IMG/VR virus record: IMGVR_UViG_3300010352_000682
Length of the DNA: 20,000 nt
DNA from: an uncultured virus (IMG/VR IMGVR_UViG_3300010352_000682)
Taxonomy: Duplodnaviria > Heunggongvirae > Uroviricota > Caudoviricetes
Strand: one strand, 5' to 3'
Shown: piece after piece, positions 14,070 through 20,000 of the stretch
Layout of the letters: each line of letters begins with the position of its first letter
Numbering within the stretch: position 1 is the stretch's first letter
Notes under the pieces: model-generated
Databases searched by the model: none
What the model saw: the letters and a program-made list of their open reading frames with translations, nothing else
Told to the model about the DNA's origin: nothing
Made by a program: the position numbers and the translations under genes

Positions 14070-14325
14070 AATTTATAGCTCCTTTTAAACTGCTTTGTTC
14101 ATACATATAATCCTTTGACTCAACTAGAAATTTTGCTTCGGAAGAGAAATTAATTTTGCGGCGCAAAGTAGTTAAAATATATTTATGGAAATAATGGTCA
14201 TATCCTTTAATTATTGCGGGCGGATCAGTTAACATAGAAGAAATTATATCTCCATTTGTTCCGCAAAAATCATAAATACTGCCACGATATCTGACAGTTT
14301 GTCCGATCTTAAATTTATAAGCCAT
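14062..14325 (-). CDS. SH3/KOW-like array protein 5
   Basis: YKFKIGQTV...MYEQSSLKGAI. Confidence 0.85.
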   Translation of the reverse strand: MAYKFKIGQTVRYRGSIYDFCGTNGDIISSMLTDPPAIIKGYDHYFHKYILTTLRRKINFSSEAKFLVESKDYMYEQSSLKGAINYD

Positions 14326-14340
14326 AATATTTCTCCTTTA

Positions 14341-14631
14341 TTATTTCTGGATTGCCTGTTTAAAATCAACTTGATTATATTCAACTGGAACAACATTTTC
14401 TTTCCCAACATAATAACCATTATGCTTATTATAACCAAAGGTTCCGTGATCACCATGGCCACAATCTAAAGGACGATCAAAATCCACAAAATACATATAC
14501 TTTTCTGTATGTGGAAATCCCTCATGAGAATTATTTGCTATTATTTTTCCAGTCAGAGAAAAATTATAATTTCTCTCATGTAAAGAATCACAGTCTCCAA
14601 TAAATCTTATCCTTATACCTACTGAATACAT
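14341..14631 (-). CDS. SH3/KOW-like array protein 4
   Basis: MYSVGIRI...CGHGDHG...EYNQVDFKQAI. Confidence 0.85.
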   Translation of the reverse strand: MYSVGIRIRFIGDCDSLHERNYNFSLTGKIIANNSHEGFPHTEKYMYFVDFDRPLDCGHGDHGTFGYNKHNGYYVGKENVVPVEYNQVDFKQAIQK

Positions 14632-14632
14632 T

Positions 14633-14914
14633 TTACTTCCTCCTTATTTCAGCCTTAAAATCTTTCTGGTTATAATCCGAATAGGGTCTTAAGTCCTTTA
14701 TATTACACCACCAACAATGACCATTTTCTCCTCTATTATCACCAGAATGTCCACCTATATATTTATTAAATTCAATAAGATAGTTTCTAGCGGAACTACT
14801 GCGTAATTCGCCGTCTCCAATATAAACTATTTGTCCGACACTTAAAAATAAATCAGTATCATTATAGGATAATTCATGTTCAACAAACATAATTGATTGT
14901 CCTACTCTAAACAC
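14633..14914 (-). CDS. SH3/KOW-like array protein 3
   Basis: MFRVGQSI...GGHSGD...GHCWWC...DYNQKDFKAEI. Confidence 0.85.
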   Translation of the reverse strand: MFRVGQSIMFVEHELSYNDTDLFLSVGQIVYIGDGELRSSSARNYLIEFNKYIGGHSGDNRGENGHCWWCNIKDLRPYSDYNQKDFKAEIRRK

Positions 14915-15144
14915 GATAAAATCTCCTTTCTAAATTCTTTTTGGCAATACGAAAGGATCTGTAATTGATGACTACCGGAAGATATTTTTTTTCCGATACA
15001 GTCGGGAATCCAATAAATTGTATCACCATAAACTTCAACAACTGTTCCGAAACTACCAAAAAGTTCTCCTTTAAATTCACGGCTAGACCAAACAAAATGG
15101 GAAGAAAACATAACTTTTTGACCCGGACAAAATACTTGATTCAT
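14902..15144 (-). CDS. SH3/KOW-like array protein 2
   Basis: VFCPGQKV...SYCQKEFRKEI. Confidence 0.85.
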   Translation of the reverse strand: MNQVFCPGQKVMFSSHFVWSSREFKGELFGSFGTVVEVYGDTIYWIPDCIGKKISSGSHQLQILSYCQKEFRKEILSCLE

Positions 15145-15404
15145 TTCTTTTTGTCTCCTATCTTATCTATATATATCTTTTGATTATACTCTGATGGACG
15201 AATATGTTCAATTGGTACATTCCAATATAACTTTTCATCCGTAACACCAAAATGTAAACGATAACTAAATGGAATATCAAATTTTACCGATACGATTCCA
15301 TTACGAATCATATGAGAAATTTTACCCTCATGTCCTTCAATGTCTAGACCGTCATATTTACCAACTCCAATAACTCTTTGGTTAACAAAAAATGGCTCAT
15401 TCAT
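15141..15404 (-). CDS. SH3/KOW-like array protein 1
   Basis: FFVNQRV...EYNQKIYIDKI; RBS AAGGAG. Confidence 0.85.
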   Translation of the reverse strand: MNEPFFVNQRVIGVGKYDGLDIEGHEGKISHMIRNGIVSVKFDIPFSYRLHFGVTDEKLYWNVPIEHIRPSEYNQKIYIDKIGDKKK

Positions 15405-15433
15405 TTAATTATCTCCTTTCTAATAATATAGTA

Positions 15434-15453
15434 GGGGAGAAAATATTCTCCCC
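15434..15453. terminator. Hairpin upstream of the array
   Basis: GGGGAGAA/TTCTCCCC stem; weak U-tract. Confidence 0.45.
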
Positions 15454-15524
15454 ATATTTAACTGTTAGTAGAGTTAAGGATATATTGAATAAACGTAATA
15501 GTCGGAATTGTACTCCCCTTTTTA

Positions 15525-15707
15525 TTATATTATTTTTTCAACTATCGGATTTAACTCAGCTGGATATAAAATACCGGTTTCTATATCGAGGGCAAAACTT
15601 GTATTCATATCCTTACAATAACAATACATATATACATCCCATCTTAACCTAAATAACTCTCCAGCCATTAAATCATGCAGATGTATTAATGTGTGCTTTT
15701 TAGCCAT
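15525..15707 (-). CDS. Hypothetical protein (60 aa)
   Basis: Strong RBS GGAGGAGGTGA. Confidence 0.75.
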   Translation of the reverse strand: MAKKHTLIHLHDLMAGELFRLRWDVYMYCYCKDMNTSFALDIETGILYPAELNPIVEKII

Positions 15708-15729
15708 AGGAAAGTATCACCTCCTCCTC

Positions 15730-15981
15730 TTACCTCCCATACATTTTTAGATAGTTATTTTTTCTGTCAACCTCCGAAAGGAGTTTTGCCGCTTGGAGCC
15801 GTTTATCACTCGCTCTACGACTTAAAGACAAGGATTTAAGATTATCCGGCTCAGAGTTTGCTCTAAAATCAAGCGCATCAGCTTCCCTTACAAGGATATC
15901 AGACTTTGCTGTAAGCAACGGTATTTCGGACCTATATCTCCTTTCTATATCGTCTATTTCTCGTTTAGATGGCATGGACAT
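15730..15981 (-). CDS. Hypothetical helical/coiled-coil protein
   Basis: 83-aa ORF with RBS GGAGGG. Confidence 0.75.
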   Translation of the reverse strand: MSMPSKREIDDIERRYRSEIPLLTAKSDILVREADALDFRANSEPDNLKSLSLSRRASDKRLQAAKLLSEVDRKNNYLKMYGR

Positions 15982-15983
15982 AA

Positions 15984-16079
15984 TTATTCGCCCTCCTCTT
16001 CTTCATAAATTGTGCAGGTATCTTCATCATCCTCTTCTGTCTCAAAATCAGGAGGTATCTTCTTTTTGTGCCAACACAT
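15984..16079 (-). CDS. Small acidic protein (31 aa)
   Basis: RBS GAGGGG; MCWHKKKIPPDFETEEDDEDTCTIYEEEEGE; fills intergenic gap. Confidence 0.6.
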   Translation of the reverse strand: MCWHKKKIPPDFETEEDDEDTCTIYEEEEGE

Positions 16080-16090
16080 ATTTATCCCCT

Positions 16091-17131
16091 CTATCTTTCA
16101 GAAAGTTTAGTGAAAGCATCCTCATAATCCCTCTCACTTTCCCAAACCCAGCGCGGCAAAAGTGTTATCCCAGCAGATGAAACAATCTCCTTATCTTTTA
16201 CTGTAGAAATTGCGCCCTTAGCGTCCCTATAAAGAATAGTGCCGGACTTTGTTACTCCATAACCGCCGCACGATTCAAGGATATACTTATCACCGTTCAT
16301 AGGACGAAGCCAATATTCACCACGAAACATCCAATAAATTTTTTCTCCTTTTTTTGCTGTGGCAGGTACCAATTTTTTTGTTTCTTCCCACACACCTGTT
16401 TCTCGATTTTTATTCCAACTATACTGACCACCAAAATAGTCATCCTTATAATATGAATATACTTTTTTGATGTACTTATATTTTGTGAGTACATCATCTT
16501 TAAGGATTGTCATAATGCGAGAAATTGTTTTTGCCAAATCCTCAAGTACGATGTATTCAGAAATCTGATGTGGATTATAGTAGCCGCTCGAAAGATTAAC
16601 GGCCGCGACACCCAAAAAAGGAGCAATATCTGATATATCAGAACATGATCCATACTCCTCTTTAAAACCATGATCTACAATGAATTTTGTAAAATCAGGA
16701 TTATCACACTGATAAAAAACAGCATCATCAACTCCCTTTCTATCAACCTCAATTATATAGTTTACGATTGGAATGATACCGGCCTTTATAAACTTTTTTG
16801 CACCGATACATCCTTTTTCTTCATCTTCTGTAAACAAAAGATGAACTTGGAAGTTCTTTGCTACCTGCAATAGAGCATATACTCCACACCTATCATCCCC
16901 ACCAATTCCTTGAGGAGACATGAAAACACCATCCGAGGAACGACACAGGCTATCAATATCATAGGTATGGATTCTATCCATGTGCGCAACCATGAGAACA
17001 GGCACAGTTCCTGGTGCATACAAAAAGCCATCCTGATCCTGAATATTCTCATATCCTCTGGCAGTAAGTTCTTTGGAGAGCGCCGCTTTCAACTCCATTT
17101 GTGGCAGACGTAATACTTTCTCAAAATTCAT
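16091..17131 (-). CDS. Zn-dependent peptidase, M28/M20 clan
   Basis: AHMD, GGDDRCG, EEKG, EVD, YYNPH metal-ligand motifs; start MNFEKV after AAGGAG. Confidence 0.88.
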   Translation of the reverse strand: MNFEKVLRLPQMELKAALSKELTARGYENIQDQDGFLYAPGTVPVLMVAHMDRIHTYDIDSLCRSSDGVFMSPQGIGGDDRCGVYALLQVAKNFQVHLLFTEDEEKGCIGAKKFIKAGIIPIVNYIIEVDRKGVDDAVFYQCDNPDFTKFIVDHGFKEEYGSCSDISDIAPFLGVAAVNLSSGYYNPHQISEYIVLEDLAKTISRIMTILKDDVLTKYKYIKKVYSYYKDDYFGGQYSWNKNRETGVWEETKKLVPATAKKGEKIYWMFRGEYWLRPMNGDKYILESCGGYGVTKSGTILYRDAKGAISTVKDKEIVSSAGITLLPRWVWESERDYEDAFTKLSER

Positions 17132-17146
17132 ATATTCTCCTTTCAT

Positions 17147-18742
17147 TTAAATACCCAAGTCATCCTTCATAAACTTATCCAGACACTTTTTGCAGAACCA
17201 ATATTTTTTTCCATTGTACTTTTCAGTCAGGATAAGAAACTTTTCATCCCCAGCACTTCCGCAATTTGAGCAACGATGGTATTGTGGATTTGAAGTAAAA
17301 CAATCAAGACAAACGTGCTTTTTTCCGTTTACTCGTATCATGTTTTCCCGATAATGCTTTTTACCACAATCAGCACAGGACACAAAGTAATCATCCACAC
17401 AGCTTTCACAGAAATACCTATCTCCTTCCTTTACCGTACTATCGGATATGAAAATAATTCTTCCACAACAAGCACACTTGGTTACACACTTTTTGCAGTA
17501 ATATTTTCCATCACGATCATCATAAATAGCTTCATCCCTCTTAATTATTTCTCCACAATGATCACAGACAATCATTTTGCCATACAAACCAAAGGAAGTA
17601 GAATTGAACTTGTCTCCACCAATGATACCGATAGCCCACGCACCAATATTAAGTACCGGATGATCTGCGCCGCGAAGCAAACAAACTTTCCCATTAAACT
17701 GAGAATACGAATAGTCAGGATAATGCGTCGCGCCATTTTCTGTATTCCAGTAAGTTAGGCCATCAGCATTTGCGGAGGCCATTGTATCCCAATAATTAGG
17801 AAGATTATTACAAGCGGCCAAGATTTCTTGGACAGTATTTCTGAAAGATGTTTGCAGAGCGGAATCATTTGGATCAGGATAAATTCGACTGGCAATCATT
17901 GTTCCTTTTTTAATCATGTACATTTGCCGATTGATTTTTCCCTCAAGGCAGTAATCTCTCCCATCAAATGTTTTGTCAACGGTATAAAGAACCGCGGAAC
18001 AATCATCAAGCATATAGGAAAGACAGCCGGTCATATATCCACCATCACGAATATTATGACAAGACCGCCACGGAGATTTTCCTGTCCCATGAGAAGCACC
18101 ATTTGACATGAGGAGATAATCAGTTGGATGAATACTGAGAAGCGTAAATCTCTTTACAACCAAAGGATTTAGACTATCGGAAATTGCGGCAAATAAACGA
18201 TCATAGACAAAAACTTCCTTGCCATAACCATTGTCCGTTGTGCCAAAATAGTCTCTGAGTCCGAATTCAGTGAAAACATCACCCAGGATTCTACTCTCCT
18301 TCTTGCCGCTTTTAATCTTCTCAGCAAGTTTAGGATATCCATTGTTAATCATAACCTCCTTGATGAAGTCAATTTGGCAATCGTCAATAATTCCAATATT
18401 ATTACCAAGAACATCACGCAGCGTAGCAATAATCTGGAATTTATCATTATCAATATCCTCAGAACCAGTAACTTCCTTGTTTTTACTCCAGTAAAATCTA
18501 AATAGATCGTCAACCTTACTGGAAAAGGTATTATGGTCAGCCGGACGTTCAACATCTGTTGAGAAAAGGATTGCCTGTGCATTTTCATCCCAATTTGGAT
18601 GATTACTCAAAAGTTTATGCAAATCGTCCTTTTTGGTTTCCCACTCCTTGTACACAGCATTAAGACCAACATCCGTATACTTCTTCTTATTATTATCAAG
18701 AGCTGTTTTCATGGTACGGATAATTTCTTCTTTATTAGGCAT
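17147..18742 (-). CDS. Large hypothetical protein with C-terminal tandem CxxC Zn ribbons
   Basis: 531 aa; core LSIHPTDYLLMS...WRSCH...GCLSYMLD; eight CxxC pairs at C-terminus. Confidence 0.85.
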   Translation of the reverse strand: MPNKEEIIRTMKTALDNNKKKYTDVGLNAVYKEWETKKDDLHKLLSNHPNWDENAQAILFSTDVERPADHNTFSSKVDDLFRFYWSKNKEVTGSEDIDNDKFQIIATLRDVLGNNIGIIDDCQIDFIKEVMINNGYPKLAEKIKSGKKESRILGDVFTEFGLRDYFGTTDNGYGKEVFVYDRLFAAISDSLNPLVVKRFTLLSIHPTDYLLMSNGASHGTGKSPWRSCHNIRDGGYMTGCLSYMLDDCSAVLYTVDKTFDGRDYCLEGKINRQMYMIKKGTMIASRIYPDPNDSALQTSFRNTVQEILAACNNLPNYWDTMASANADGLTYWNTENGATHYPDYSYSQFNGKVCLLRGADHPVLNIGAWAIGIIGGDKFNSTSFGLYGKMIVCDHCGEIIKRDEAIYDDRDGKYYCKKCVTKCACCGRIIFISDSTVKEGDRYFCESCVDDYFVSCADCGKKHYRENMIRVNGKKHVCLDCFTSNPQYHRCSNCGSAGDEKFLILTEKYNGKKYWFCKKCLDKFMKDDLGI

Positions 18743-18804
18743 AATTTAATTCCTTCCTTCAAATAATAAAATTTTAATGTGTTCCGCATATTTTTTCCGC
18801 TTTT

Positions 18805-18836
18805 AATAAAAAAGGGAGGAGCAAATCACTCCTCCC
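18805..18836 (-). terminator. Rho-independent terminator
   Basis: GGGAGGAG/CTCCTCCC stem (18814-18836) followed by T-run on minus strand. Confidence 0.75.
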
Positions 18837-18860
18837 ATTTTGCTGGGAAATTACTGAGGT

Positions 18861-19256
18861 TTAGCCTTCTACGATTTCCACATCGTAGCCGAGGGCGCGG
18901 GCTACATCCGCCACAGTCATTTTCTTGGCTTCCTTACGGATCCACACAGCCACATAGTCAGCGTCATTCAGGGACAGCATACGGAACTTACTGACCGGGA
19001 TTTCAACCTTCATGATATCCCAGTCGCGGTTGGTCTTATGGATGAGGGTCGAATCATATTCGGCGGAAACATCGCAGAATTTATTCTTCACTCCGCCATC
19101 ACCGTGCTTGGGAATGTTGGTCAGAACAGTGGGACAGTCAGTAATGTACCCAACATCCAAAAAGGCCGGTGCCTTGAGGACAATGCGGGCTTCGCCATTG
19201 CGATAAGTGACACGCATACCGGAGGTGAGGTCGCTAAGTTTAATGGAACTGAACAT
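18861..19256 (-). CDS. Hypothetical phage protein
   Basis: RBS AAGGGAG; C-terminal KKMTVADVARALGYDVEIV motif common in Firmicutes phage proteins. Confidence 0.8.
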   Translation of the reverse strand: MFSSIKLSDLTSGMRVTYRNGEARIVLKAPAFLDVGYITDCPTVLTNIPKHGDGGVKNKFCDVSAEYDSTLIHKTNRDWDIMKVEIPVSKFRMLSLNDADYVAVWIRKEAKKMTVADVARALGYDVEIVEG

Positions 19257-19359
19257 AATGTTCTCCCTTCATAATTGGCGGTTACGGGCGCCACCCAAAT
19301 GTCCGGTCAAGCCGGATGGCTGGGGGCTTTTACAGGAGACCCCCAAGAACCATGCTGGA

Positions 19360-19566
19360 TTACATTCTGATATCCAGTATTTTACCGTCAATGGGTTTTG
19401 ATATTGCTCCGGCATCGGGATCCGGTTCATACTCGCTTTTCAACTGCCTGACCGTTTCCTTTGCCATGAAATAGGAAGCGCGTCTACACTTCTCATTGTA
19501 ACGCGGGGATATTGCAAGGAGTACCTGACAGAATGGCATCGTCAACCACATAATCCAAAATCTCAT
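19360..19566 (-). CDS. Hypothetical protein (68 aa)
   Basis: RBS GAGGT before MRFWIMW; track ORF likely over-extended. Confidence 0.55.
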   Translation of the reverse strand: MRFWIMWLTMPFCQVLLAISPRYNEKCRRASYFMAKETVRQLKSEYEPDPDAGAISKPIDGKILDIRM

Positions 19567-19573
19567 TCTTACC

Positions 19574-19798
19574 TCACTCTCTGAGCAATCCGGTATATGG
19601 GCAACAAAGCGGATGCAGGAGAGCTTCTTTTGCCGTGCTGACCATATCGGATGTAATCGCGCTTGCCGACTCACACATGGAAAAAGAAACAAAATTTTGA
19701 GCGTTTGTTCCTTTGTGGTCTGGCAGACATTTTCTTGGACTTGCATCTTTTACTTCATTGGTAACTTTGATTCCATACTTAAATGTGTACTTGGACAT
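19574..19798 (-). CDS. Hypothetical protein (74 aa)
   Basis: RBS GAAAGGA before MSKYTFK; first gene after promoter. Confidence 0.6.
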   Translation of the reverse strand: MSKYTFKYGIKVTNEVKDASPRKCLPDHKGTNAQNFVSFSMCESASAITSDMVSTAKEALLHPLCCPYTGLLRE

Positions 19799-19834
19799 AA
19801 TCAATCTTCCTTTCTCGCGGCGTCTTGTCGCATT

Positions 19835-19891
19835 ATTAAATGGTATCGCGTGGGCGTATATGAATTAAATGGTATCGCGTGGGCGTATATG
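19835..19891. repeat. Perfect 28-bp direct repeat x2
   Basis: ATTAAATGGTATCGCGTGGGCGTATATG at 19835 and 19864. Confidence 0.95.
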
Positions 19892-19914
19892 CGCAAGTGT
19901 TTTTCTTAATTATA

Positions 19915-19982
19915 AGTATAAACTTTTCCAAAAACCTTTTCAATTGACTAACTAAACAAATAAATATAAAAAAATTGTGCAA
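19915..19982 (-). promoter_or_regulatory. sigmaA promoter with upstream TTGCACAA box
   Basis: TTGAAA(19943-19938)-17 nt-TATACT(19920-19915); box at 19975-19982. Confidence 0.7.
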
Positions 19983-20000
19983 CATAACTAAATGATTTAG

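Noticed and set aside
12156..15404. Integron cassette array or DGR target array
   Set aside because: No attC-like repeats, genes overlap directly, no reverse transcriptase or TR/VR pair visible
5576..19909. Plus-strand ORFs in the track
   Set aside because: Nearly all are antisense shadows of well-supported minus-strand genes or repeats, with no RBS or motifs

Overview
A 20-kb segment of an AT-rich tailed phage (or prophage-like element), probably infecting a Firmicutes/Clostridia host (consensus sigmaA promoters, strong GGAGG-type RBSs). Essentially all genes are on the minus strand. In transcription order (right to left): early hypothetical genes; a Zn-ribbon protein plus M28/M20-like peptidase; a tandem array of 12 small paralogous SH3/KOW-like proteins sharing a C-terminal YxQ motif; terminase small subunit; a repeat-rich candidate pac/regulatory region; a Lys/Ala-rich repeat protein; a tRNA operon (16 tRNAs plus an 80-nt tmRNA tRNA-like domain without an mRNA domain) interrupted by a 2.8-kb block with ASCH and two DNA methyltransferases; a terminase large subunit fractured by a naturally split intein with a free-standing HNH endonuclease between the halves (the 57-aa IntC/C-extein ORF is absent from the ORF track); then small structural-type genes and a divergent lipoate-protein-ligase-like gene running off the left edge. 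All calls come from reading the sequence by hand; no searches were run.
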